From IMG/VR virus record IMGVR_UViG_3300002030_000028: DNA of 64,000 nt, one strand, 5' to 3'. This document shows, in pieces, positions 1-8,525 of the stretch. This DNA comes from a virus. The position numbers and the translations under genes were made by a program. The stretch's first letter is position 1. Each line of letters starts with the position of its first letter. Below the pieces are notes generated by a model, which made no database searches, was not told the origin of the DNA, and saw only the letters and a program-made list of their open reading frames with translations.

Positions 1-2
1 TT

Positions 3-731
3 GAGCGCGGCACTGATGGCTTTCTGAGGCATAAGCAGGCGTTGACCGATCGTGGTGAGAAGATAGCCGCTTGGGCTCTGATCAGAACAAAGGATGGCGG
101 CAAGTATTTCGACGTGATGGGCAAGGATGAAATCTTGCAAATTAAAGCTGCCGTTAAAGCCAAGAAGGGGCCTTGGTTCAACGCAGCCCATGAAGGTGAG
201 ATGTGGCGTAAGACCGCTCTCCGACGCGCGGGTAAAGTGGCGCCTCTTTCGAGTGATGTTCAGAATATATTCGACCGCGATAACTCGATGTATGATTTTA
301 GCGGTACGCAGGAGGAAACTGTTGCGGACAGAATGCGCCGGAACGTCACCGATATGCAGAACGGGAAATCATTACCCCTGATACCCCCCGAGGGCGGTGA
401 TGCGGAGCCTGAACCTGAAGCGAAACCTAAAGCCAAAGACCCTGAGCCGGAAGTTATCGAACACCAAAGGGCTAAACCAAGCGGTCGGCAGCGTCTGGGT
501 GAGCCTCAAAAGACACCTGATAGCGCTGATGGAAGTCGCGTCAGTTTCTCCAAAGACCCAGATGAAATGACTGATGCTGATTGGGAGGCGTTTGCCACGG
601 CCCTCATTGATGATTTCAACACGCGCGGTATGTCGTTTGAGGATTTCGATCAGTTTTATGTCGAAGAGCTCAATCACCTCGCCGAAGCGTCAGATACTCA
701 ATACAGTCGGATTCTGGGATTGAGTAAATAA
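3..731 (+). CDS. recT: RecT-family single-strand annealing protein, 5' end cut by window edge
   Basis: Frame is open back to base 3. Core KKGPWFNAAHEGEMWRKTALRRAGKVAPLSSD resembles the conserved RecT core, followed by an acidic tail. The ATG at 42 is probably internal. Confidence 0.7.
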   Translation, partial: ERGTDGFLRHKQALTDRGEKIAAWALIRTKDGGKYFDVMGKDEILQIKAAVKAKKGPWFNAAHEGEMWRKTALRRAGKVAPLSSDVQNIFDRDNSMYDFSGTQEETVADRMRRNVTDMQNGKSLPLIPPEGGDAEPEPEAKPKAKDPEPEVIEHQRAKPSGRQRLGEPQKTPDSADGSRVSFSKDPDEMTDADWEAFATALIDDFNTRGMSFEDFDQFYVEELNHLAEASDTQYSRILGLSK

Positions 732-770
732 ATATCAAACTGCACAGGTTTTGTTAACCACAGAGTTATA

Positions 771-811
771 TCCTTTCGGCAGGGCAATGACGCCCACCGA
801 AAGGAAAAACC
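771..811 (+). promoter_or_regulatory. Structured 5' leader with copy 1 of a 26-nt motif (781-806)
   Basis: TCCTTTCGG (771-779) pairs with CCGAAAGGA (797-805), which is the SD region, and encloses a GGGC-AATGAC-GCCC hairpin. The motif AGGGCAATGACGCCCACCGAAAGGAA recurs on the minus strand at 53782-53807. Confidence 0.45.
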
Positions 812-1015
812 ATGTTCTCGTTAACCCAAAGCATAGCCGATCACCACGTCAGGGTGGCCCGTCAGGCCGAAAGAGGAGTCATCAGAGCTCTTAGGGTAGG
901 TCGGCCCAATGCAGAGACAGCCTGCCGCCTCGTAACGCCGTTGCAAAAGCTAACTAAACGTCACAGAATTGATGCTGAGGATAAACTTCACAGAATAAGG
1001 GAAAAAGATGGATAA
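812..1015 (+). CDS. hypothetical protein (67 aa)
   Basis: ORF track entry. ATG lies 6 nt after GAAAGGAAAAA. Confidence 0.5.
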   Translation: MFSLTQSIADHHVRVARQAERGVIRALRVGRPNAETACRLVTPLQKLTKRHRIDAEDKLHRIREKDG

Positions 1016-1160
1016 GGATGATTTCAATTCTTTACTGCGGGAAGCCAAAATGCTTCGGCAGAAGGCCGATGCGGTCAGAAAATCGAAGCCCATAGAGGCG
1101 TCTCGGCTTGATGAGCAAGCACGTAAGCTGGAAGAGAAAGCCGATACTTACAAAACATGA
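1008..1160 (+). CDS. hypothetical small coiled-coil protein (50 aa)
   Basis: Hand-translated MDKDDFNSLLREAKMLRQKADAVRKSKPIEASRLDEQARKLEEKADTYKT. SD-like GGGAAAAAG upstream. Below the track size cutoff. Confidence 0.3.
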   Translation: MDKDDFNSLLREAKMLRQKADAVRKSKPIEASRLDEQARKLEEKADTYKT

Positions 1161-1173
1161 TTGTGTGAAATAT

Positions 1174-1216
1174 ACCCCTCCGGATGTAAAATAGGATAAA
1201 AACATCACGGAGGGGT
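1174..1216. other. 14-bp imperfect hairpin upstream of terS
   Basis: ACCCCTCCGGATGT (1174-1187) pairs with ACATCaCGGAGGGGT (1202-1216) with one bulged A and a 14-nt loop. No U-tract follows. Confidence 0.5.
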
Positions 1217-1403
1217 AAACAAGCTAATTTGAGTTGCTGCTTCACAACCCGACTCCCAGATTCGTCGGCAAACTCTGCTTATGTCGTTTTTGGGAAGACA
1301 GTCAAAACAGAGAAAATCGGTCTTCACGAACGAGCCTATCAAATCAATTCTGGAAATCAAGCATGAGATTGCCTGTCGTTAAAAAATACGATAGGAATTT
1401 TTC

Positions 1404-1949
1404 ATGCCTAAAAAAGTACAAACACCAAGAGACGTTCTGGACGACCCAAAATATACCGAGGCCGCTCGGAACTTGATGGAAAATTCAGGAAAGCCCGGTC
1501 CAAAAGGCGGCAGGCCAACAGATTATCATCTGGTATTGACGCAAAGTCTTTGGGATCTGAGGGATGAAAATCCCGATAAGGTTTGGACACAAGCGGAGAT
1601 ATGCCGGTTTCTGGATATATCGGAAACCACATGCAGGTCATGGAAAAGAAAATATTCTGAATTTGCTGAAGTGGTCGATTCTCATCGTTTGGGCAATAAG
1701 GTCTTCTATGAAAAGGCGTTACGTCACAGCGCGGCAACCGGAAAAGGTAACAGTAGAAGCATTCAATTTGGTTTGATGAATTCCTACGAAGAGGACTATC
1801 GAAACCGTAATTCAGATGAGTCGATCGTTGATCAGAAGGTAAACACATCTGATGCACCGGATGTTTCTTTCCTGTCTCTCGACAGAAAGCGAAAAATGCT
1901 CGCTTTGATCAACTCCGGAGAGCCGCATGAACCTGCCGACGACGCATGA
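1404..1949 (+). CDS. terS: terminase small subunit (putative)
   Basis: 181 aa, directly upstream of terL and overlapping it by 23 nt. HTH-like segment QAEICRFLDISETTCRSWKRKY. Confidence 0.6.
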   Translation: MPKKVQTPRDVLDDPKYTEAARNLMENSGKPGPKGGRPTDYHLVLTQSLWDLRDENPDKVWTQAEICRFLDISETTCRSWKRKYSEFAEVVDSHRLGNKVFYEKALRHSAATGKGNSRSIQFGLMNSYEEDYRNRNSDESIVDQKVNTSDAPDVSFLSLDRKRKMLALINSGEPHEPADDA

Positions 1950-4431
1950 TGTAATCGAGTACGCGGAAAAGAACCCAGACCGGTTACAGTACATACTCGA
2001 AAAATCTCTGTGTCAGGAAAGCCTGATTGACTTCATACGTGTGTTTTGGAGTGAGGTTGAGCCATCGGTTGACCTCGCAACGAATTGGGCGCTCGAGGCT
2101 ATGGCGGAACATCTCGAGGCCGTTTCAAATGATGAGATAGATAATTTACTCATAAATGTCCCGCCGGGCATGATGAAAGCCGCCCCTTACTACCTCCCTG
2201 TTTTAACAACACACGGATGGAAGCAGCACGGTGATCTTGATGTAGGTGATTTTGTGTATGGGCCTGATGGTCGGCCTAAGTGCGTGCAAGCCAGAACTCC
2301 AGAGGTGATGGAGGCTTGCTATAGGGTCGAATTTAATGATGGTACAAGCGTTGATATTGGATCAGGGCATGAGTGGGTTGTCGAACGCGACATATCGGAC
2401 GCCACGACGAAGCATAAAAGGCGACGGATCTTGAAAACCGTCACAACGCTTGATTTGAAAGCTGGCGAGCGGGGGGACAGGATACCAACCGCTGCGCCAA
2501 TTCATATGCCACCGTCAAAACAATACATAGACCCGTATCTTCTAGGGGCGTGGCTTGGCGATGGCTCAAGTCGTGGCGGGACTATCTTTGCCGCAGAAGA
2601 CGATGCTGAAACAATTTTGCCCTATGGTGAGGTATCTAAGCGACTGCCTGCTGATGGGCTTCGCAGAAAAAAACCATTCTTAAAAATAAAAGTGCTGGGG
2701 CTTGCCAAATCTTTGCGGGTCATGGGGCTTATTGAGAACAAGCACATACCGTATGAATACCTTCATGCATCTATTGATCAGCGGATTGCTCTTTTGCAGG
2801 GGCTTATGGACACGGACGGGCACTGTGACAAAGGTGGGCGATGCACATTTACAAACAAAGAAAAACGCCTCGCTGATGGCGTCAAGTGGATCGCGGAGTC
2901 GCTAGGAATGGTCGCGACCATAAAAAGCCGATTCACTGAATTGAATGGAAAAACATATGGTCCTCATTACAGCGTTGGATTTAGGCCTTGGGATGGACTG
3001 CAAGTCTTTCGGATGAAAAGAAAGCAAGACCGAATTATTCCAGTTAAGCAGTCACGTTATAGATCAAGATATGTTAAATCTGTTTCTCCCATAGGAAAAA
3101 AACGCGTTAGGTGCATTCAGGTCGAAGGCGGTATCTATCTGATTGATCGCCATATGTGCCCTACTCACAACAGTCTTATGTGCGGGACTTTTTGGCAGGC
3201 TTGGGAGTGGGGTCCGAGGGGCAGGCCGGATCTTCAATATATTACGACCTCTTATGCCGCCGATCTCGCTAAACGCAATCACATGAAGACAAGAAGCCTC
3301 ATCGAAACTGATAAGTTTATGGAGTTTTATGGCTATCTTGTAAGTAAAAACCCAAAGAAAAAAGACAATGAAACTGAATACTGGCTGGCTGCTAACGGTA
3401 TGTCGTTCGCCACCGGAACGTTGGGGAAGCTTACGGGGTATCGCGCCGACCGCATCATCGTTGATGACCCTCACTCAGTCGACGGGGCTGAGAGTGAGCT
3501 TGATCGAGAGAGGACCGTTCGGTGGTTTACCGAAACTCTTTCAACGCGCTTCAACAACGCTAAAACGATCAAGCGCTTGGTGATTATGCAGCGTATTCAT
3601 GAGGGTGATGTTAGCGGCCATATTCTTGAAAACATGAAGGGTCGATATGAGCATTTGATGCTTCCGATGCGGTATGAGCCTGATCGTCGCTGCCATACCG
3701 TCATTGGTTTCAAAGACCCTCGTAAGGAAGATGGGGAGCTTTTGTTCCCTGAGCGTTTTCCTGAAAAAGAACAGACGGAAATCGAAGAAGATATGATGTC
3801 TCAGGGCGGTGAGTATTCGGTTGCGGGTCAAATGCAGCAAAGGCCGGCACCTCGCGGTGGTGGAATGTTCAAGGTCGACAAATTGAACTATTGCGAAATG
3901 GCTCCATCAGGGGGGAAGTTCGCAAGAGGCTGGGATTTTGCAGGTTCGGTCAAAAAGAAAAGTCCATACACGGCGGGCGTTAAGGGGAAGCTTGTTAAAG
4001 GCAACCTGTATATAACTGACGTGGTTAGGGTTCGGCAGAAGATTTATGAAGCCGAGGACACGATTGTTACCACATGCAAGGACGACACAAGATCCGTCCG
4101 GCAGTCACTTCCCCAAGACCCCGGACAAGCTGGTTTGTCTCAAGTGAATAATTTGGCGGGCCGATTGATAGGTTTAGATTTTACTTTCTCGCCCGAATCC
4201 GGGGCCAAAGAGGATCGCGCTATTCCGTTTGCCAGCTATGTGAATGCCGGCAAGGTTTACCTCGTTAAGGGCGATTGGAATAAGGCTTTCGTGAGTGAGC
4301 TGAAAACTTTCCCGCGCGGTACTTACAAAGATCAGGTCGACGCTGCGTCTCGTATGTTCACGGAGGTTCAGCGTATGCCGAAGCGGGCATCTTCAGGGGC
4401 TAAAGGTAAGAATTTCCCGGCTGAGGAATAA
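1927..4431 (+). CDS. terL: terminase large subunit, intein-containing precursor (834 aa; 503-aa exteins)
   Basis: Walker A is split: INVPPGMMK | intein | SLMCGTFWQAWEW. Walker B-like RIIVDDPHS, and a C-terminal nuclease-like region (WDFAGS, QDPGQAG). Confidence 0.9.
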   Translation: MNLPTTHDVIEYAEKNPDRLQYILEKSLCQESLIDFIRVFWSEVEPSVDLATNWALEAMAEHLEAVSNDEIDNLLINVPPGMMKAAPYYLPVLTTHGWKQHGDLDVGDFVYGPDGRPKCVQARTPEVMEACYRVEFNDGTSVDIGSGHEWVVERDISDATTKHKRRRILKTVTTLDLKAGERGDRIPTAAPIHMPPSKQYIDPYLLGAWLGDGSSRGGTIFAAEDDAETILPYGEVSKRLPADGLRRKKPFLKIKVLGLAKSLRVMGLIENKHIPYEYLHASIDQRIALLQGLMDTDGHCDKGGRCTFTNKEKRLADGVKWIAESLGMVATIKSRFTELNGKTYGPHYSVGFRPWDGLQVFRMKRKQDRIIPVKQSRYRSRYVKSVSPIGKKRVRCIQVEGGIYLIDRHMCPTHNSLMCGTFWQAWEWGPRGRPDLQYITTSYAADLAKRNHMKTRSLIETDKFMEFYGYLVSKNPKKKDNETEYWLAANGMSFATGTLGKLTGYRADRIIVDDPHSVDGAESELDRERTVRWFTETLSTRFNNAKTIKRLVIMQRIHEGDVSGHILENMKGRYEHLMLPMRYEPDRRCHTVIGFKDPRKEDGELLFPERFPEKEQTEIEEDMMSQGGEYSVAGQMQQRPAPRGGGMFKVDKLNYCEMAPSGGKFARGWDFAGSVKKKSPYTAGVKGKLVKGNLYITDVVRVRQKIYEAEDTIVTTCKDDTRSVRQSLPQDPGQAGLSQVNNLAGRLIGLDFTFSPESGAKEDRAIPFASYVNAGKVYLVKGDWNKAFVSELKTFPRGTYKDQVDAASRMFTEVQRMPKRASSGAKGKNFPAEE
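2179..3171 (+). mobile_element. Intein (331 aa) with LAGLIDADG homing endonuclease, class 3 (WCT) signature
   Basis: Starts at Ala (AAPYYLPVL) and ends THN followed by Ser+1. LAGLIDADG motifs LLGAWLGDGS and LLQGLMDTDGH. Block B GSGHEW (Trp at B12), block F VRCIQVE (Cys where Asp is usual), block G T-H-N. Confidence 0.85.
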
Positions 4432-4471
4432 CAAAAAAATAAGATTTATTCTTGACTGCTGTAATCGAAGG

Positions 4472-4870
4472 ATGTTTTCTAACCCTGCGAAATTTGAAAA
4501 AGGTATTCAGGAAATGTCATTGTCGACAGAACAAATGATCAAACGTATTGAGGTGGCCATAACACCTCCCGCTGGATCATTGTCAGTAAACCATATCAAG
4601 GCAAACGCGCTTCTGATGAAAGCTGAAAGCTTGATCTCTGACGGCCCAGAAACACGAGATTTGTTTTTCGATATCGCGACTGTTCATAGCTGCCTTCATG
4701 ATCATATTGTCCCATCAGACATACTGGTGATGTTGCGTCGTCTGGAGGCACTTGAAGAGATGATGGAGTCGATTGAGACGCACTACCCCAATCAAGATAT
4801 GGACCATGTCACTTTCAGAATAAAAGCTATGGAAAACGTCGTTGTAATTCGGGAGAAGTTTTATGATTGA
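4472..4870 (+). CDS. hypothetical protein (132 aa)
   Basis: ORF track entry. GAAGG lies 2 nt upstream of the ATG. First gene of the accessory island. Confidence 0.5.
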   Translation: MFSNPAKFEKGIQEMSLSTEQMIKRIEVAITPPAGSLSVNHIKANALLMKAESLISDGPETRDLFFDIATVHSCLHDHIVPSDILVMLRRLEALEEMMESIETHYPNQDMDHVTFRIKAMENVVVIREKFYD

Positions 4871-5144
4871 TAATCGAAAGTTTACTGCTTTGCTCAGAAA
4901 ATGTTCACGGGCGGCAGCTGCGCATACCGACATTTCTAATAAAATTGGAGAAATTTTTGAGGAACGATATGGCGTAACATATTCAGATGTTGATTGTGAT
5001 TGGTTAATTGATGAGCTCGACATTGTAGGTAGTTACAGCTCTTCAGTAACAGCAAAAATTGCTGATTATTACATGGAAGAATGTGGATACAAGGTTCTTG
5101 AAAAAGAGAATACGGAAATCAAAGAAGATATTAAAAAGCTATGA
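4863..5144 (+). CDS. hypothetical protein (93 aa)
   Basis: ORF track entry. Overlaps the upstream stop, suggesting coupling. Confidence 0.5.
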   Translation: MIDNRKFTALLRKCSRAAAAHTDISNKIGEIFEERYGVTYSDVDCDWLIDELDIVGSYSSSVTAKIADYYMEECGYKVLEKENTEIKEDIKKL

Positions 5145-5383
5145 TCTCTGAGAATTACAGCATTCCAAGGATCAAGGGTTTCGTTATTAGCCTGAACTCC
5201 GTTTCATCAATAAGTGCTGTTATTCTCGATCAATATTCCGTTTATGATTACCGCGTTGAGTTGAATCTCGAGGGTGCCGTATCGGGCTCTCTTCAGTTTC
5301 ATTTGCATGAAATCGAATATAGCGACCTGCGCGATCAATTACATTTTGTAAAACGTTTCACTCAACCAAGGAGGTCAAAATGA
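5141..5383 (+). CDS. hypothetical protein (80 aa)
   Basis: ORF track entry. ATGA overlap with the previous gene. Confidence 0.45.
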   Translation: MISENYSIPRIKGFVISLNSVSSISAVILDQYSVYDYRVELNLEGAVSGSLQFHLHEIEYSDLRDQLHFVKRFTQPRRSK

Positions 5384-5580
5384 ATAAGGAACGTAGGGAG
5401 GCCATCAAGGCCGTATGTCACGCAAGTGGTGAGCTGTTGAGATCCGAGAAGGCCGTCCGGTCTATCGATATAGACACCAAGACGAAGCAGGACGCGCTTG
5501 AGCGCCCATTAAATGCTTTCCTTGAGGCTATGGATACGGCACAAGATTTGTTCGATGAGGAGATCGAGTTAACTAAATAG
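5380..5580 (+). CDS. hypothetical protein (66 aa)
   Basis: ORF track entry. ATGA overlap and AGGAGG SD upstream. Confidence 0.5.
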   Translation: MNKERREAIKAVCHASGELLRSEKAVRSIDIDTKTKQDALERPLNAFLEAMDTAQDLFDEEIELTK

Positions 5581-5597
5581 TAGATTTTGGGTGATGT

Positions 5598-5966
5598 GTG
5601 TTGAAGTATGATGATCGGAAAACAATCGAGTTCTTTCGTTCCTTCATAATTGATGAGAGGCAGGCTCCGATGAGCAATCCGTATGATCTTAGCAACAGAA
5701 CAAACGAGAAGAAGTCTGATGTATGTTGGTTCTGTGACGGGTGGACGGGCTATGAAATAGGCGACCCTTATGCGTTGTATATAGGGGACGCCGGTCCTTT
5801 CTGTGAGCGATGCCACGACAATCTTTTATGCAAAAAATGCAATGGAAGCGGGAAGGTTTCACTTCTTCTCGACCGACGAGGAGACCCAGATTTCCTTACT
5901 GGTTTCCCCAATGGACAGGCGATTGAATGTCAACAATGCAACGGAGAAGGTTGGAAAGATGAGTAA
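5598..5966 (+). CDS. small protein with DnaJ-type CxxCxGxG zinc-finger repeats
   Basis: CKKCNGSGK and CQQCNGEGW, plus CWFC and CERC pairs. Start is uncertain (GTG 5598 or ATG 5670). Confidence 0.5.
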   Translation: MLKYDDRKTIEFFRSFIIDERQAPMSNPYDLSNRTNEKKSDVCWFCDGWTGYEIGDPYALYIGDAGPFCERCHDNLLCKKCNGSGKVSLLLDRRGDPDFLTGFPNGQAIECQQCNGEGWKDE

Positions 5967-6249
5967 AAAGCTAGAAGAATACAGAGCTAGATATGAGATT
6001 GCTGCGCATAGGGTTCAGACGGCTCTTTCTCTTATGCCCGGCGATAGGCGCATGACACCTAAGCATATCAGGGTTGGTCTCGATATGGGTAAATCAGATC
6101 AAGGCGCTTTGGTTACTCTGCTGATTGAAAAAGGTGTTTTCACTGTTGAGGAGTATTACCTCAAAGTCGCTGAGTTCGCTGAACAGGAAGCCGACTCTTA
6201 TGAGAAGGAAATAAATCAGCGCACAGGAATGAACATCAAGACCCTTTAG
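5959..6249 (+). CDS. hypothetical protein (96 aa)
   Basis: Track ORF 5803-6249 trimmed to the ATG at 5959 (MSKKLEEYRARYE), which overlaps the upstream stop by 8 nt. Confidence 0.5.
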   Translation: MSKKLEEYRARYEIAAHRVQTALSLMPGDRRMTPKHIRVGLDMGKSDQGALVTLLIEKGVFTVEEYYLKVAEFAEQEADSYEKEINQRTGMNIKTL

Positions 6250-6251
6250 AT

Positions 6252-6528
6252 ATGTCTTTCGATTTGGAACTATTGAGGCGAAAGGTTGAGCAAGGCCGAA
6301 TCCCTTGCATAGTTCCATTCTGTAGCGTTACGTCTGAAGCCAGACGCGCGATACGGCCAGATGATCTGTCGGACACACTGGAGATGTGTTAAGAAGAGGA
6401 CGCGACGATATCACCCTCTTTGCCAGAAAAGAGCCAGAAAAACGAATTTGGATATTGACTGGCAGCGGGCAAATGAGGCTTGGTTAGCCGTCACTAATGA
6501 GGCTGTTTTGTCAGGATCTCTATTATGA
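6252..6528 (+). pseudogene. Cys/His-rich small gene split over two frames (6252-6392 and 6361-6528)
   Basis: Frame A: MSFDLELLRRKVEQGRIPCIVPFCSV...EMC stop. Frame B: MICRTHWRCVKKRTRRYHPLCQKRARK...SGSLL stop. The span is 277 nt (3n+1). Either two coupled ORFs or a +1 frameshift. Confidence 0.35.
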
Positions 6529-6719
6529 AGTCAGATTTGCTGGATATAGATGTTGAGCTGCATCATGAGACTGATGCGGCATACCGTGTGTCCACTAACG
6601 GCGAAGATAAGAACGCGATATGGATTCCCAAGAGCCAATGCGAAATGGAACGTCAGCGTAACGGGGCCTTCATTTTGACCTGCACGGAGCGGGTGGCTAT
6701 CGATAAGGGTCTGATATGA
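6525..6719 (+). CDS. hypothetical protein (64 aa)
   Basis: ORF track entry. ATGA overlap with the upstream ORF. Confidence 0.5.
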   Translation: MKSDLLDIDVELHHETDAAYRVSTNGEDKNAIWIPKSQCEMERQRNGAFILTCTERVAIDKGLI

Positions 6720-6865
6720 TGTATATCATTTTCGGAGCTATCGCGGGTTACGCCTTATCGGGAGCGTGGGACGAGGTGAAGAAGAATAACAAAGTTCACA
6801 CCATTGCGTATCTATTCCTTTTCTTGATCTGTATCGGCGTTCTCGCGTTCGAGTTTTTCGTATAA
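6716..6865 (+). CDS. small membrane protein (49 aa)
   Basis: Hand-translated MMYIIFGAIAGYALSGAWDEVKKNNKVHTIAYLFLFLICIGVLAFEFFV, with two hydrophobic segments. ATGA overlap. Confidence 0.35.
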   Translation: MMYIIFGAIAGYALSGAWDEVKKNNKVHTIAYLFLFLICIGVLAFEFFV

Positions 6866-6915
6866 AAACATCCATAAAAATCTTGATTTTTTGTTATTTT
6901 TGATGCATCGTTTGA

Positions 6916-7179
6916 ATGCGAAAAATGAAAGATACGTCAATGTCAGAGAATGTCAGCTATAAAGCTCAACCTAAACCCGAGTGGAAGCCCGGCCCGATGT
7001 ATTACACGGCTGTTTATTGGCCGAGACGCGGGCGCCGAGGCTCAACAGTCAAGGACGAGGATGGCAACCCTCAACAATTCATAACAGAAGCCGTCGCTAA
7101 TATGGCGGCTGAGGCGGCTTGGCGAGAATCGCAAGACCTCATCGACGCTGGGGAATTTACTGGGAGTGATGGACGATGA
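6916..7179 (+). CDS. hypothetical protein (87 aa)
   Basis: ORF track entry. Confidence 0.5.
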   Translation: MRKMKDTSMSENVSYKAQPKPEWKPGPMYYTAVYWPRRGRRGSTVKDEDGNPQQFITEAVANMAAEAAWRESQDLIDAGEFTGSDGR

Positions 7180-7346
7180 GATCAAGTGAATGGTCAAGAC
7201 GAAAGCCTGAGATTGAGGCGAAGCTGAAGCGTTATGAGCGTGCCCTTAAGGAAATATCACAGGGGGATGGCTGCTATGGTGCGCAAGGATTTAAGTTCAA
7301 GAATATAGCGCGTGAGGCCCTTGGGCTTAGGAAAGTGGGTTGCTGA
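7176..7346 (+). CDS. hypothetical protein (56 aa)
   Basis: Hand-translated MRSSEWSRRKPEIEAKLKRYERALKEISQGDGCYGAQGFKFKNIAREALGLRKVGC. ATGA overlap. Confidence 0.35.
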   Translation: MRSSEWSRRKPEIEAKLKRYERALKEISQGDGCYGAQGFKFKNIAREALGLRKVGC

Positions 7347-7573
7347 TGTTGATCAAGAATAGGATATTTTATCTATACATCGGTAAGGATGTCGTGAGGC
7401 ATATGCCTTTGAATATTTGGTTTCTCATAGGACCAAGACCAGCGCTTATGAGAGAAGATGAAAATGGCCGTATGCTGTTAGCGGCTTTCGGCTTTGAGTT
7501 TATCTGGGGTGGTCACTTCTATTTGTGGAATGATGTGCGCGAGATAACGCTTAGGATGGCGGGGAAAGCCTGA
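7346..7573 (+). CDS. hypothetical protein (75 aa)
   Basis: Track ORF 7340-7573 trimmed to the ATG at 7346, which overlaps the upstream TGA. Confidence 0.4.
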   Translation: MLIKNRIFYLYIGKDVVRHMPLNIWFLIGPRPALMREDENGRMLLAAFGFEFIWGGHFYLWNDVREITLRMAGKA

Positions 7574-7652
7574 TGCGCGAGAGTTTGAGCGATATTTATC
7601 ACCGATGGGACGAGATTTTGGAATTTCTCCAAGAAGAATGAAAGGAAATATC

Positions 7653-8501
7653 ATGGGATTGACGATAACGAATGAAAACGGGAAACGGGTTAGCTTCAAA
7701 ATGTTCACGTTTCCGGGTGGCGAGCGGCATGTACAGATAAAGAATTTTGAGAAGTCGGATCTGTACAAAGTCCGCGCGGCCCTCAATTCTTCAGATGAGA
7801 TAATGGATCTTCTTCTGGCTTGCGATGCCCTTCAGGAGTTAAGCGGTGGGTGCCGTATAGCGCTCCTGATACCCTATATGCCGTATGCGCGTCAGGATCG
7901 CGTATGTGCGCCCGGTCAGCCTTTCTCCATGAGGGTCATGGCTGATATTCTGCATACAATTCGCAATGTCGTTTCGATCACGACTTACGATATTCATAGT
8001 GATGCGGGATGCGATCTCGTCAATGCCAATAATATTCCGGCCTGCGATTTGATTATGGCCAGTCATGAGATTTCAAGCCTAATCCGTGAGAAAGATACGG
8101 TTATCGTTTGCCCGGATGCTGGCGCCGTTAAGAGGGTTGATGAACTCGCGGACTTATTCGGTAAGGCGCGTGATGTTGTTTACTGCCAAAAGGTCAGAGA
8201 TCCCGAAACTGGATTCATAAGCGAGATCACCGTCGGTGCGGAAACGCTCGAGGGCAAGACGGCTTTCATAGCTGACGATATATGCGACGGCGGCAGAACG
8301 TTCACCATGATCGCGCGCGCGCTCAGGGAGCTATCTGTCGAGCGTGTGGTGCTTTACGTTACGCACGGTATCTTCAGTAAAGGCATTGAGGCCGTCCTGC
8401 GCGACACTGAGACGGACCAACTTCTCATCGACAAGATATTCACCACCGACACGATAACGAACCATGTTCACCCGAACCTTGAAGTAATCAAATTAAAATA
8501 G
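7653..8501 (+). CDS. ribose-phosphate pyrophosphokinase family enzyme (Prs-like; candidate ADPR pyrophosphokinase Adps of NARP1)
   Basis: LLIPYMPYARQDR, TYDIHSD and the PRPP-loop FIADDICDGGRTF. Trimmed to the ATG at 7653, 4 nt after AAAGGAAA. Adjacent to the Nampt-like gene. Confidence 0.85.
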   Translation: MGLTITNENGKRVSFKMFTFPGGERHVQIKNFEKSDLYKVRAALNSSDEIMDLLLACDALQELSGGCRIALLIPYMPYARQDRVCAPGQPFSMRVMADILHTIRNVVSITTYDIHSDAGCDLVNANNIPACDLIMASHEISSLIREKDTVIVCPDAGAVKRVDELADLFGKARDVVYCQKVRDPETGFISEITVGAETLEGKTAFIADDICDGGRTFTMIARALRELSVERVVLYVTHGIFSKGIEAVLRDTETDQLLIDKIFTTDTITNHVHPNLEVIKLK

Positions 8502-8525
8502 CGAAAATTGAAAAGGAAAACAGCT

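Noticed and set aside
1234-1476. Track ORF 1234-1476 in the spacer upstream of terS
   Set aside because: It has a TTG start, no SD, an odd composition, and overlaps the better-supported terS start.
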